From Mobula hypostoma (lineage: Eukaryota), in NCBI RefSeq assembly GCF_963921235.1, contig NC_086109.1, positions 32,614,001 to 32,678,000 on the forward strand: a stretch of DNA of 64,000 nucleotides. The letters run 5' to 3'. Position 1 is the first letter of the stretch. Every line of letters starts with the position of its first letter. Positions 37,191-49,125 of this stretch are shown here, piece by piece. A program made the position numbers and the translations under genes. The notes under the pieces were generated by a model. That model was not told the origin of the DNA. It ran no database searches and saw only the letters and a list, made by a program, of their open reading frames with translations.

Positions 37191-37936
37191 TGGCGTTCCC
37201 CTCCATAGATAATTTCTCCCTATTTACTTTCTGACACATTTCCTAATAAATTCTGAACAGCAATTTGTCAAATCTCGCTGCATAATTGAAATTTTTGTTC
37301 TGTGAAGTAGGTAAATATCAGTTGAATTAGATAATGCAACTATAGTATAACATTGTCCTTTAGTTACTACTTAAATAAGATCTTCTAAACATTCACATTG
37401 GGGCTTCTTGGATTGTTTTCATTTGATAAATGCTCATTAGAAATATCATCAAAGCAATGAAAGTCTAGCCAGTATAACTTTCTAAATTAATTATCATTTA
37501 AATATTTTTAGTAATACACAAGAAGTTAAATTATTGGAATATTGGTAAACATTCCTTGTCAACATGATGATGCAAAATGATAGGCTGGGTGGTGCTGGAG
37601 TGGGATATCTTGTGAATTAAGATGTATCGTTACTTTTCCCCTCACCCTTCAGTTTGAAATCTTTCTGTGCTGTAATCGGACAATGGCTTAGAGAGAGTTT
37701 ACTGAACCAGTGGTCTGTCTTCTTTAACAGTAAGATTTAAAATCTGGGAAAAGCACATCAATGAAGGTGAAGGGAGATCAATAATACTCAAATCCATTAT
37801 GTAAGTCAAGGGCAAGAATAAGCAGAATATGAAAGAGACAAAAGAAGACAATCACACCAAAACCAAAAGCAATATGAAATTTTGCATTTTTTAAAAATCT
37901 ATAGTACAAATTCATACTAGCCAGAATTATTTAACT

Positions 37937-38102
37937 CAGGGGTGGCCAACCTTTTACATTCGATGAGTCAATTGTTTCATGCACGAGTTCTATATTAGCA
38001 TATTTTTACAAGAATTGAATGGGTGTACAAGAGCTGTATGGTGCATCTGAACTCGTGAGTGAAAAAATTGACGCATGGAATGTAAAAAGTTGGCCACCCC
38101 TG
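37937..38102. mobile_element. hAT-type MITE (166 bp)
   Basis: TIRs CAGGGGTGGCCAAC../..GTTGGCCACCCCTG extending imperfectly for ~55 bp; 8-bp TSD ATTTAACT at 37929-37936 and 38103-38110. Confidence 0.9.
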
Positions 38103-38659
38103 ATTTAACTGGAATGCTTAATAAGATTGTTTGGTATTGCATTAAAGATTATTAAGTTGCTTCAAAATCATGATGAGGGTGTTTAATTCCACAGCTTTCA
38201 TTTCAAGGTAAACGGACATATCAATTTTCAAGTTGTAAAGTCCCTGCAGATTCTACTTGATAGAATAACAGGTCTGCTTAGTTTGAGATATTACTGACTG
38301 AAAACCAATTGTGCTGAAACTGACTAACCAGAGATTTCACACAATAAATAACAAAAGTAGGAGAAACGATAAAATTCAGAGAAACAAAAGAATCAAATCC
38401 TGAACCTTTCAGTAACTTTGTGTGTTGCTAACCTTACAGGTAATTAGTACATTTTATAATTTCTATGACAAAGTCTGAAGCATAATATTTTCTTTCAGCT
38501 CATTCTCTGATTTTCATAGAATATTTAGCTCCACATTTTGTCCCGATTAAACACTTGCTTAGCAACTGTTCACTTTTGAGTGGCAGTGACAGAGGTTAGT
38601 GTGATTGAAGTGTTTATCTCAATTAACTGCTTGCTTTGTCTCTTCTCATTTTTTTTTTG

Positions 38660-38850
38660 ACTGACACATCCTGTATCACCAAATCTGACACATCTGACAT
38701 AAACAGCACCACATTGGTTAGATTGAAATGAGTTTAAAAGACAGCTGCATACTCTAGTTTCTTACTTTTCTGCTCAAGATCAGCCTGCCTTGGTTTTCCT
38801 GAGCAAATCACACCTCTTCAGGTCTTCAGAAGACACCTGTGGGACTACAA
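38660..38850 (+). promoter_or_regulatory. Possible GPR25 proximal regulatory region
   Basis: ETS-like CAGGATGT (reverse strand, 38666-38673), RUNX-like ACCACA (38708-38713), E-boxes CAGCTG and CACCTG; short motifs only. Confidence 0.25.
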
Positions 38851-38932
38851 AACAAAGGAAATAGCGAAGGCTCTTCTTTCATCAGTACGTCGGATTTAAA
38901 GTAAGAGCAGAATTACGACAAATTGAGTGAAA

Positions 38933-40015
38933 ATGTCCAGCGAAGAAGAATACTTTAACGTGACTGATAATTATCCAGCTTCTGAATTTATGACTGATTA
39001 TTTTGTCGATGACACAAATGGCGACATCTGTTACTATGAGAATTTACCTTGGGCAAACATTTCAGTCTCAGTCCTCTACTATCTGATCTTCCTTATTGGA
39101 TCTCTGGGTAATATCTTGGTCATTATAAACATGGTCTTCAAAGAGAAGAGAAGGAGGAGACTGGTGGATACATTTGTGATCAACTTAGCAATTGCAGACC
39201 TGATTTTTGTCTTCAGCTTGCCTTTATGGGCATCTACAGCTGGCAACAATCACCGCTGGGTCTTTGGCAATAAACTCTGCAAAATTAGCAGCTACATCAT
39301 TGCTGTCAACAGATACTCAAGCATCTTTTTCCTCACCTGCATGAGCATTGACCGCTATTTGGCCATTGTTAAACTTCTCGACTTCAAGCATATCAGGACG
39401 CAGAAATATGCTGTGACAATCAGTTTCGTGGTCTGGTTTGTATCCATGCTTCTAGCCATTCCATCTGCCTACTTCAAAAAACTTGTACAACATGATGTAA
39501 TCCAATGCAGAGATGACCCAGATTCTTATTTTTACCGAGGTTTCAATTTGTTTGCTATTTGCCTGACCTTCGTCCTGCCTGTCATTGTTATATCGTTCTG
39601 CTACTGCTCTATTCTTAATAGGCTAAGGGTTCATTATGAATACAACAGAAAGCTTCTCCACAGAAGAGAAAACTCTGTAAAAATCATCTTTGCCATTGTG
39701 TCTGGGTTTGTTTTGTCTTGGTTGCCCTTTAATATTTTCAGGACTATCATTCTGTGCTTGGAATTCAACAATGTTAACTTGTCTTGCTGGAGTACTGTCA
39801 ACCATTCCTTTGCCATTGCTACTTGCCTGGCTTTCGTTAATAGCTGCATGAACCCAATCATTTACGTCTTCTTAGATCGGAATTTCAGACTGAGAGCTCA
39901 TCGATTCTTATGTTGTACCTTTGGCAACTTCAGAAGGAGAAGAAACAGCGTTGGCTCTGCGTCAATGGCCACTGAGAGCAGCTTGTTTGCTGAACTTTCA
40001 AAATCAAACCTCTAG
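38933..40015 (+). CDS. GPR25: G protein-coupled receptor 25 (class A, chemoattractant-receptor-like), single coding exon, 360 aa
   Basis: Seven hydrophobic helices with GN, LAxAD, DRY, WLPF and NPxxY motifs. Segments RRLVDTFV, DRYLAIVKLL, LTFVLP, NSVKIIFAI, IATCLAFVNSC and LDRNFRLRA match recalled GPR25 better than GPR15. First ATG at 38933. Confidence 0.88.
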   Translation: MSSEEEYFNVTDNYPASEFMTDYFVDDTNGDICYYENLPWANISVSVLYYLIFLIGSLGNILVIINMVFKEKRRRRLVDTFVINLAIADLIFVFSLPLWASTAGNNHRWVFGNKLCKISSYIIAVNRYSSIFFLTCMSIDRYLAIVKLLDFKHIRTQKYAVTISFVVWFVSMLLAIPSAYFKKLVQHDVIQCRDDPDSYFYRGFNLFAICLTFVLPVIVISFCYCSILNRLRVHYEYNRKLLHRRENSVKIIFAIVSGFVLSWLPFNIFRTIILCLEFNNVNLSCWSTVNHSFAIATCLAFVNSCMNPIIYVFLDRNFRLRAHRFLCCTFGNFRRRRNSVGSASMATESSLFAELSKSNL

Positions 40016-40323
40016 CAATTGGTACAATGTAGAAGTACAGATGTTTGTTCGAGAGGATACAGACAATCCAATGGTGACAAATAAAGGTCTGTACTTGATG
40101 ATTACACCTTCAGTGCTTTGAGTCAAACAGTGACTTTTGTAGAATCCTCATGCAAATGTATTGAAGGCTCGGTGAGTCTGAGCGATAATACGAATTCCTT
40201 AATGCTCATGGGTTGTATTCTGACATATAAATGCAAGCAATTCTGCTATTTCATTCAAATGTAAAATTGTGATGCCTTTCACACCATGTATTCAGGCTGC
40301 TTTATATGTTTTATGCTGAATTA

Positions 40324-40329
40324 AATAAA
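40324..40329 (+). terminator. Candidate GPR25 polyadenylation signal
   Basis: AATAAA ~310 nt after the stop, just before decayed repeat sequence begins. Confidence 0.45.
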
Positions 40330-42499
40330 AGTACTTTTTGCATCAGTTATCCGTTTTTCTTGTCTTGTTTCCACTTCTGAGGTGATCTTTTAACTTTATC
40401 AGATAAACTTGTGAAGAGAGGCATCTCAGGGGGGTGTAGACAAATAGATGAGCTGAGTAGATTGTGGCAAATGAAACATGGTGGAGAGGATCATGAGACC
40501 ATCCCCCTTGGGAAAAAGGCAGAATATTCCTTAATTCTAGATGAAATTGGATATTTTTGTGCATGAATCAGTGAGGGCTGATATGCAGGTTTGGTGGATA
40601 AGCGGCGGGGGGGGGGGAACAGACTGTAGGTTGCAGGATGTGTGAAGACTCTTGCTCCAGTTGTACCTAAACACAACACTTGAGATGTAGTGTGCATATC
40701 CTGTGTAAAGAGGGAGATTAACTGGAAATTGCACTGTGCGAGTTAACCGCATTGATTGCCGGGGTGATGGGCTTGTCCTTTAATCATCTGAGCCTGTAAT
40801 TCCTCAAATTAACTGTATTCGGTAAATTAGAATTTATGGCAAATTTCTAAGACAAAGAAAAGTAAAATCTTATCTGCCAGTTTATTTCACTTCAGCTATG
40901 AAACCAAAAATAAGTAATATATATTTAATACTAAGATATTTTTATTGAAAATGTAGTAGCACCAAAGGTATTTCTTCATTCAAGTTCGTCCCTCACCAAA
41001 GTCCGTCCTCTGTAAATATTACAAACAGCAGATTCTACGCACCACACTGAAACATATACAACTGATCAGCTTTCAGCTGTGTGATTGAGTCAAGTCAGGT
41101 CAAGCTTATTGTCATTTCGACCATAAGCTGCTGGTAGAGTACACAGTAAAAACGAAACAACTTTCCTCCAGGACCCTGGAGGATGAATATGGATAAAGCT
41201 GTCAAAGGAATTGGATCTAAGGCAGATAAATGGGTTGATTACAAATGTTTTCTTGTAACAAAGGACATAATTTTACGGGCTTAATTCTCAATGATTGCTA
41301 ATCAATTTTGAAGTGACACATAGTGCCTTACAATGTGTACAATATGGCTCTGACATAAAATTACACTTACAAACATGTGAAAATGGGAAAGGTTGCCCAA
41401 AGACAAGCAAATTAGATCAGTAATGTGCAGACCATGTTTGAGAGCCTGAATGATCTTTTGAAGTGATCAAATTAAGGAACCCAAGGATGTCAATGAACGT
41501 AATATATAGCTATTCTGGGAAGACACATAATAAAAGTCTTTCATAAGATAGAACAGGTAAAGATTAAGCAAATTGATACATGAACATGAATATAGGAAAT
41601 CAATGCCAGAATAGACATTGATCTCTTGTGACTGCTTTACAATAAGATCATGGTTGATGTTTTATGGTCTGGTAACTGTCCTTCATTTATTCCACACCCT
41701 CTGATTCACATGATATCTAAAAGTCAGTCAATCTTTTGAATATACTTAGGGACTGAGCTACTACTGGGTAGAGAGTTCCCAAGTTTCACTATCATTTGGT
41801 TGGGGAAATGTCTACTTACCTCTTTGCTGAATAGCCATCTGCTGATTTTGTGACTATGACTCCTAATTACCTAATTGGCAATTATTTATTGTCACGGTAC
41901 CAAGGTACAGTAAAAACTGTTTTGCCTGCCTTCCATACAGATCACTTCATCACATAATTACACTGAGGTAGTACAAGAGAAAAGCTATAACAGAATGCAG
42001 AATGTGGTGTAAGAATGTTCTTTACTATAAAAGATCGCCTCTCAGGTTTTCTAACTCAAGAGACTACATCCCCAGTCAGGTTCACCTTTCCTCATTTGAC
42101 AAACCAAGAATCACAGTGATAAACCTCAAGTTAATTTCCTCAATCACTAGTATATGCTTCCTCTGGCTGTTAATCATCATGTGCATAATATTCCACATAC
42201 ACTCACATCATGACACAATATAATCAGAGTGGACATCTAAACATTTGTACTCAAAATCTCTTGCAATAAATGCCAACTATTTACCTTCCTAATTGCTTGC
42301 TGAATCTGAACATTAGCTTTCATCTACAAGGACAGGTTAGTGCCTCTGAATATCAATGGCATTCAAACACCTCACTATTGAAAAGTTACTCTACTTTTCT
42401 ACCTTGCTTTTTTTCCTCCACATTATGCAATCAGTGGCCACTTTATTAAGTACACCTGCTCATTAATGCAAATATCTAATTAGCCATTCATGTGGCAAC

Positions 42500-43079
42500 T
42501 GTTGTAGTGTGGATGAAATCACTGGAGAGACAGAGTCACTGGTAGATACAAAGCAGCTTCTTTATTCGACACAACAAGGTACAGCAGGCATCAAACGGAC
42601 AGAGACGCTTTCGGTAAAAAGGTCTGCTAGCCCAGTGTGGGCTCGATATTTATATGCTAAACACAAAGGGCAATTCCTATTTACAAAGTTACAGACAATG
42701 CATAGACAATGCTTTCTTTTGAAGTTACATACAAAACATCACACCTTCTGACTTCATCCTCTCCTCCTGATGCCCGTATGTCTGGGTTGGTACTCACAGC
42801 CTTTAGGAGTTCAAGTTAAATCCACAATACACTTATTTGGTAGTTTACTTGCTTACATAGAGGACAATTCATATTTATAAAGTATAGATAATACTGTCTT
42901 CGAAACTACCTGTAAACTTCACACTCCCATCCGCAGTGGCTGGCTAGTATTCCGATATTCACAGCTTTTAGGAAATGCATTGTTGTGAATTCAATCCACA
43001 GTACTTTGTCAAACAGAAGACTGGTAGCCAGAGTCATTTAAGTGTAAATGAATCATCTACCCAAAAACTCACTCTAACA
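42500..43079 (-). repeat. 3' LTR (580 bp)
   Basis: Direct repeat of 47445-48016 (about 26 substitutions plus one 8-nt indel by eye); minus-strand TATA-like CATATAAATA near 42650 and AATAAA at 42561-42566. Confidence 0.93.
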
Positions 43080-43093
43080 GTCCCTCCTCTTGG
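43080..43093 (-). other. Polypurine tract
   Basis: Minus strand CAAGAGGAGGGAC immediately precedes the TG of the 3' LTR. Confidence 0.8.
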
Positions 43094-43953
43094 CCCTCCC
43101 GGACAAAAATTAAATTTGTACCAGGAGAGGCCAACCTAGGAGGATCTGCTCAAATAGTGCAACAAAAATGCCTTGTCTTGAAATTCCCCCCAATTTTGTG
43201 TGCCTCGATATCTATCCTAGCATTCCTTAATCGCTACCTACCAAATGTTAAGCAGAGAGGCTGTCCAAGTCTTTAAGAATGCGGCTCCTTTCATGTGCCG
43301 GTTGGCTCTTTCCCTGCAGGCTGACTGCAGCTTAATTATATTCCTTTGTCTTCAGCCCTTCATCCTCTGGTCTCTGAAACTCTCCTTCCAGGAGCACCCA
43401 CAGGCTCTCATCGAGGTACAGGAAGGGGTTGGGGTGGCCTCTACGTAAATGTCTGCAAGGACCTCTCCCCGGTGGCACCCCCTTCCAAACTGTCCGGTCG
43501 ATCACTGGCCCAACTGCTGAAAAGGGTCCAGCTCCTCAGACTGGGGGTGACTGCTTCCAGATGCCGTGTGCAGTCTGAAATGCCATCGAAGTGGTGGAAC
43601 TTGCCATCTCTGCTTTAACTTAAAAATCCCTCCCCATCTATTTTCCAATAATTTTCTATTCTATGCTGTAAAATTAATCATCTACCTTCAGCAACCAGCC
43701 TTCTTTACAGAGTACCATCATCATCACTTTAGCAGGCTATTCATGGTTTTCCAACACGCTCTCAGCGTCTGCTGCCATGCCTTCGTCATTTTCTGCCTTT
43801 GCGTTTCTTCCGGGTATGTTTTCATCAGCTGTGGTCAGGTCTGGCATGGCTGGCTGATGTTCCTCTCTTAGGTTCTCTGTAACTACATGGTTACTGGGTA
43901 CACTTGGTCCCCCGCTCTGTCTGTGGGAGCAACAAGAGGGTGAGTTGTATGCT

Positions 43954-44853
43954 CAACTACTGCACAGAGTCTTGTCATCTTCAGAAGTTTTCGGATGACT
44001 CTGCCATAGTTGGATGCATCAGCAAGGGAGATGAGGCTGAGTACAGGGCTACTGTAGGATGCTTTGTCACATGGTATGAGCAGAATTATCTGCAACTTAA
44101 CATGAAAAAGACTAAGGAGCTGGGTAGACCTGAGGAGAGCTAAGGTACCGGTGACCCCTGTTTCCATCCAGGGGGTCAGTGTGGACATGGTGGAGGATTA
44201 CAAATACCTGGGGATACGAATTGACAATAAACTGGACTGGTCAAAGAATGCTGAGGCTGTCTACAAGAAGGGTCAGAGCCGTCTTTATTTCCTGAGGAGA
44301 CTGAGGTCCTTCAACATCTGCCGGACGATGCTGAGGATGTTCTACGAGTCTGTGGTGGCCAGTGCTATCATGTTTCCTGTTGTGTGCTGTGGCAGCAGGC
44401 TGAGGGTAGCAGACACCAACAGAATCAACAAACTCATTCGTAAGGCCAGTGATGTTGTGGGGATGGAACTGGACTCTCTCACGGTGGTGTCTGAAAAGAG
44501 GATGCTGTCTAAGTTGCATGCCATCTTGGTCAATGTCTCCCATCCACTACATAATGTACCGGGTGGGCACGGGAGTACATTCAGCCAGAGTCTCATTCCT
44601 CCAAGATGCAGCACAGAGTGTCATAGGATGTCATTCCTGCCTGTGGCTTTCAAACTTTACAACTCCTCCCTTGGAAGGTCAGACACTCTGTGCCGATAGG
44701 CTGGTTCTGGACTTATTTCATAATTTATTGGCATAATTTACATATTACTATTTAACTACTTATGGTTCTATTACTATTTATTATTTATGGTGCAACTGTA
44801 ACGAAAACCAATTTCCCCCTGGGGTCAATAAAGTATGACTATGACTATGACTA
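43954..44853 (+). mobile_element. Rex1/Babar LINE 3' portion inserted in the LTR element
   Basis: CHLQKFSDDSAIVG, YKYLGIRIDNKLDWS..KKGQSRLYFLRRLRSF (ORF 44151..44699); tail AATAAAGT(ATGACT)3. Confidence 0.92.
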
Positions 44854-44855
44854 CT

Positions 44856-45934
44856 AACCTGAGTCCAGTGTTTCCACTGGCTGCCTTGACAAGTCTTTGC
44901 ACAGACACATGTATCATTGGTTAAGAGTACCATCTGTGGTCCTATCCACCTGGGGGCAAACCCTGACCTTTCCGGCAGCACCCTCACCATAAGTTGCTCG
45001 CCGGGCTGTGGAAGGACTATCCCTTTCCGTCTGGCTCTCTCTGATCAGCAATTCGCTGCTGTTGTTTTGCTTGGTCCTTCAACACTTTAAGTTGGTTACA
45101 AAAGTCTTTCACATATTGTGTCATTCTATCCCTGTAAGCCCCAGGCTCCCGCAACCTGTAATTACCCCATAAGGGAGTCGCATTGCTCGCCCCATCAATA
45201 ATTTGTAGGGGCTGAGACCCAAAGTGCGGTTCGGGGTTGTGCTCAGTCTCATCAGGATTCCTGGTAATATGTCAACCCATGTCTTTCTTGTCTCAGCTAT
45301 AGCTTTGGCTAACGCATTCTTGATTGTTCGGTTCATCTTTTCTACCATCCCTGAACTCTGGGGGTGGTGGGGTACGTGGAACCATTGTCGAATCCCTAGC
45401 AGTCGGCACATTTCCTTCATCACTTTCCCCGTGAAATGTGCTCCCTGATCTGAATCCACCTGAACTGGGGTTCCCCACCTTGGGAGGATTTCCTGAACTA
45501 GGATCCATGCAGCGGTGTGGGCGGTGCAGTCCCTTGTTGGGAAAGCCTCTACCCACCGGGTGAAGTGATCCATAATTACTAGACAGTAGCTTTTCCTCCT
45601 GCTTTTTGGCAGGGGCCCTGTGAAGTCTATCTGGATGTTTTCCCAGGGTCCCCTCGGCAGAGGCTGATTTGCCAGCTGTAGCTTTCTGCTGTTATCAGGG
45701 GTTATGCTGGGCACAAATGATACAACAGCAGCAGAATTTCTCAACATCCCCGCCCATCCCTGGCCACGACCAGTCCTGCCAGAGGGTTGTGATCATGCTC
45801 TGCCTTCCCTGATGCATCACCCCATGATATAACTTCAGTAGTATCTGTCTAATACAGGGTGGGGCCACCACAACTCTTTCCTCCCCATATGTCCAGCACC
45901 CATCTGATCTCTCTTTTCTCCTTTTTTCCTCCAT
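44856..45934 (-). pseudogene. Retroviral-type integrase (frameshifted)
   Basis: HHCC (HGVMH..CIIC); core IQIDFTGPL, DHFTRWVEAFP, DSDQGAHF, HPQSSGMVEKMNRTIK; C-terminus PRWIGPQMVLLT..WKHWTQV. Confidence 0.9.
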
Positions 45935-46109
45935 TTTTCCTTCTCTTCTGTCTCTACCTCTTCATATAATTTCACTGAGCTGGCTTCTGTCGTTTCCTCC
46001 TGCACACTTGCAATTTCAATTGCCTCTTGTTCCCCTGCTTCCTTATTTGCAGTAATGTTACCGTCGGAGGAACTGGGAAAACTTTATGTTCTGGAATGGC
46101 CGCAGTCTC

Positions 46110-47060
46110 TCTGAGTATCCCCTGGTGTTTTTGTTCCTTCACTATATCCTGAACAGTGGTCAGTGTGTCATTTTGTACAGGGTCCTGCTTAGGGAGTTTG
46201 TAGAGACCCTCCTCTATTTTAACTGGGTCTATCTTTACTCGATCACAATCTTGCTTGTGTGTAGCCCACGCTGCTGGGCACTGCTGACAAGATAACCCAT
46301 AGACCCCATCCAGGCTGCAGTCTCTAATGATCAGGGTGGCTGCGACTGTGTTAGGCAGGTTGTGTATTCTGTTGTTTGTATGTGTTCGCTGCCCCTGACT
46401 TGTCCATATTATTTCTCCCTTTCCCGAATCTATAACAGCTCCTGCTTCCCTTAGGATGTCTATTTCAAGGATCGTGCCCTTATTATTTGGACATACCCAG
46501 AAATACACTGGAAGCTGCACTCCCCTGATTTCTAGTATTTGCTTCTCGCTTCTTTCTGCTTTTACTGTTTTTCCTCCTACACCCTCAATATAACTGACCT
46601 GTCCAGTTGTTGGTAAGGGCAAGTCTGTTATCGATACCGATGCCCCTGTGTCCACAAACGTATTGCATTGCCGTCCCCTTAACAATGCCATTATGTACAT
46701 CCACGGGTCACCAGCGCTGGCAGTGGATCCCGCTGCCACACCTTTTTCTGCCTTAAGAGGCGCCGTTACTAGCTCCTTGGTCTGATCTACAGTCAGACTG
46801 GTTGCTAATGGGGTGAGTGACTGGGTGTCTGCCGTGACCTTCGCCTGGGTTTTCCCCGTCCCTTTTGGACACTGTCTCCAGCCATGTCCCGATAGGCCAC
46901 AGCTGCAGCATGTCAACTCCTTCACTGTCTCATACCTGGTCCAACAGTCCTTTGCTAGGTACCCTGGCTGCCGACAAGCAAAGCAAACTCTCTGGGACAT
47001 CACAGCAGCTGCATCCACTATACCCACTTTATGATTTCTCTTGCCTTTTCTTTGGTCTAT
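46110..47060 (-). pseudogene. Gag nucleocapsid + aspartic protease + RT N-terminal stub in one frame
   Basis: CFACRQPGYLAKDC and CCSCGLSGHGWRQC knuckles; FVDTGASVS protease motif, ILEIDIL; HKQDC..KHQGILRET resembles the start of RT and is followed by a deletion. Confidence 0.85.
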
Positions 47061-47424
47061 CTCACTGACCCACCGAAACTATTGCAGAGTAGTTGGACCC
47101 TATGATTATGCCTAAATGCAGCTCCCTGAACAAGTATATACACCCTTCTCTGGCGTCTCGAACCGTACTGTCGGTTACCACCTGTCGCAACTGATGGTCC
47201 AAGTCTCACCAAGTTAACATGCAAAGATTTCCCACTTACATAAACACTCATGCACACGCATACACTACTGTTACATCTACCAGTTCAGCTCTCCACGTTC
47301 GTGATACAGTACCTCGTGTCCTGTGCACCACCGACCGAACAGATCCAATTGTGAGTGTTATTTTAGAAAAATACTCCCCAACTTAGACTGCTAGGAACGC
47401 TGGCCACACGACGGGTCACGAAGT

Positions 47425-47442
47425 ATCCCACTTCTGACACCA
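47425..47442 (-). other. Primer-binding site, tRNA-Leu
   Basis: Minus strand TGGTGTCAGAAGTGGGAT, 2 nt after the LTR CA; complementary to the recalled vertebrate tRNA-Leu(CAA) 3' end ATCCCACTTCTGACACCA. Confidence 0.85.
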
Positions 47443-47444
47443 AA

Positions 47445-48016
47445 TGTTGTAGTGTGGATGAAATCACTGAAGAGACAGAGTCACTGGTAGATACAAAGCA
47501 GCTTCTTTATTCGACACAACAAGGTACAGCAGGCACCATACGGCCAGAGACACTTTCAGTAGAAAGGTCTGCTAGCCCAATGTGGGCTCGATATTTATAT
47601 GCTAAACACAAAGGGCAATTCCTATTTACAAAGTTATAGACAATGCATAGACAATGCTTTCTTTTGAAGCTACATACAAAACATCACACCTTCTGACTTC
47701 ATCCTCTCCTCCTGATGCCCGTATGTCTGGGTTGGTACTCACAGCCTTTAGGAGTGCAAGTTAAATCCACAGTACATTTAGTTGGTATTTTACATAGATG
47801 ACAATTCATATTTATAAAGTATAGATAATACTGTCTTCGAAACTACCTATTAACTTCACACTTCCATCCGCAGTGTCTGGCTAGTATTCCGATATTCACA
47901 GCTTTTAGGAAATGCATTATTGTGAACTCAATCCTCAGTACTTTGTCAAACAGAAGGCTGGTAGCCATAGTCATTTAAGTGTAAGTGAATCATCTACCCA
48001 AAAACTCACTCTAACA
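47445..48016 (-). repeat. 5' LTR (572 bp)
   Basis: Direct repeat of 42500-43079; adjacent to the PBS. Confidence 0.93.
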
Positions 48017-48992
48017 GCAACAACTCATTGCATAAAAGCATGCAGACATGATCAGAAGGTTCAGTTCTTCTTCAGACCAAACATAAGAATGGGGGAGAAA
48101 ATGCGATCTAAGTGACTTTGACCGTGGAATGATTGTTGGTGCCAGATGGAGAGGTTTGAGTATCTCAGAACCTGCTGATCTCCTGGGATTTTCACGCACA
48201 ACAATCTCTAGAATTTACAGCAAATGGAGCAATAAACATGTTTCTGAGTCAGATGACTCTGTGTTTAAATCGTACACTGAGACTAGTGCAACACATGGCT
48301 GACTCTCCAACACAATATAAAGGGAGTGTTATGCTGATAGACATGTTAAAATGAAGCCCAGTCTCCCAAATCGGGTGACCACAAATGATATTATTTTGAA
48401 TATGAGTGTAGGCTGGTACCTTTGTTGCCCTAGCTAGTGCTTAAACCTCCTTCATTCAGTGTCTTGTTTTGTGCAAAACAGTCACAATGTTTCACACATT
48501 ACAGATGAGTTGCACTTCAAAGGCATTCTGTTGGCTGTGAAGTACTTTGGGAAAGCCTGATGTCAGAAGTAATTTGAGTGCTATTCTGATTCGGATTTCA
48601 TTTTTGTTTATCACACATACAGTGAAATGTGTCATCTGTGTTAACAACTAACACACCTAAGGATGTGCTGGCAAACAGACCACAAGTGTTGTCACACATT
48701 CTGGGGCCAATATAGCATGCCCACAGTGCTCGACGGTAGAAAACATGCAACGGAAACAAAACAAGATCCTTTCCTCCATCCCAGCCTCCCACGTACATGA
48801 ACTGTCCTCCAACTCCTGGCCTCCAGTCTCCAGTATCCAGTCAGAAGACAAATTTCAAGGTTTGGCCATTGAGCTTCAACTTCCCCATTCATTTGAAGCA
48901 AGACTTTGTTTTCATAAGGAATGGATGTACCTTAATATAGTGCTTTTCACATCTACATAACATTCACAATGAATAATACCATAGCAAATGTA

Positions 48993-49125
48993 ACCACGAG
49001 AGGTTCAGCAGATGCCAGAAATCTAGAGTAACATACACAAAATGCTGGGGCAACTCAGCAGGTCAGGCAGCATCTATGGAGAGGAATAAAGAACCAACTT
49101 TTCAGGCTGAGACCCTTTATCAGGG
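48993..49125 (-). mobile_element. Penelope terminal-repeat fragment with decayed hammerhead (CUGAUAA)
   Basis: cagcagatgccagaaatctagag..ggcagcatctatgga..tttcaggctgagaccctttatcagg. Confidence 0.7.

Larger units (their letters stand above)
42500..48016 (-). mobile_element. Internally deleted endogenous-retrovirus-like LTR element
   Basis: Two TG..CA LTRs, 5-bp TSD GCAAC (42495-42499 / 48017-48021), PBS, PPT, NC zinc knuckles, protease and integrase; RT/RNase H and most of gag missing. Confidence 0.92.
42432..48230 (+). mobile_element. Tc1/mariner remnant (42432-42499 plus 48017-48230) split by the LTR element
   Basis: Starts CAGTGGCCACTTTATTAAGTACACC; the right part encodes the Tc1 HTH start DLSDFDRGMIVGARWRGLSISEPADLLGFSRTTISR. 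Confidence 0.8.

Noticed and set aside
38927..38932. GTG start given by the ORF track for the GPCR
   Set aside because: Eukaryotic gene; the in-frame ATG at 38933 (AAAATGT) is the plausible start
38933..40015. GPR15 or apelin receptor assignment
   Set aside because: Diagnostic segments (RRLVDTFV, NSxxIIFAI, IATCLAFVNSC, LDRxFRxRA) fit recalled GPR25 better
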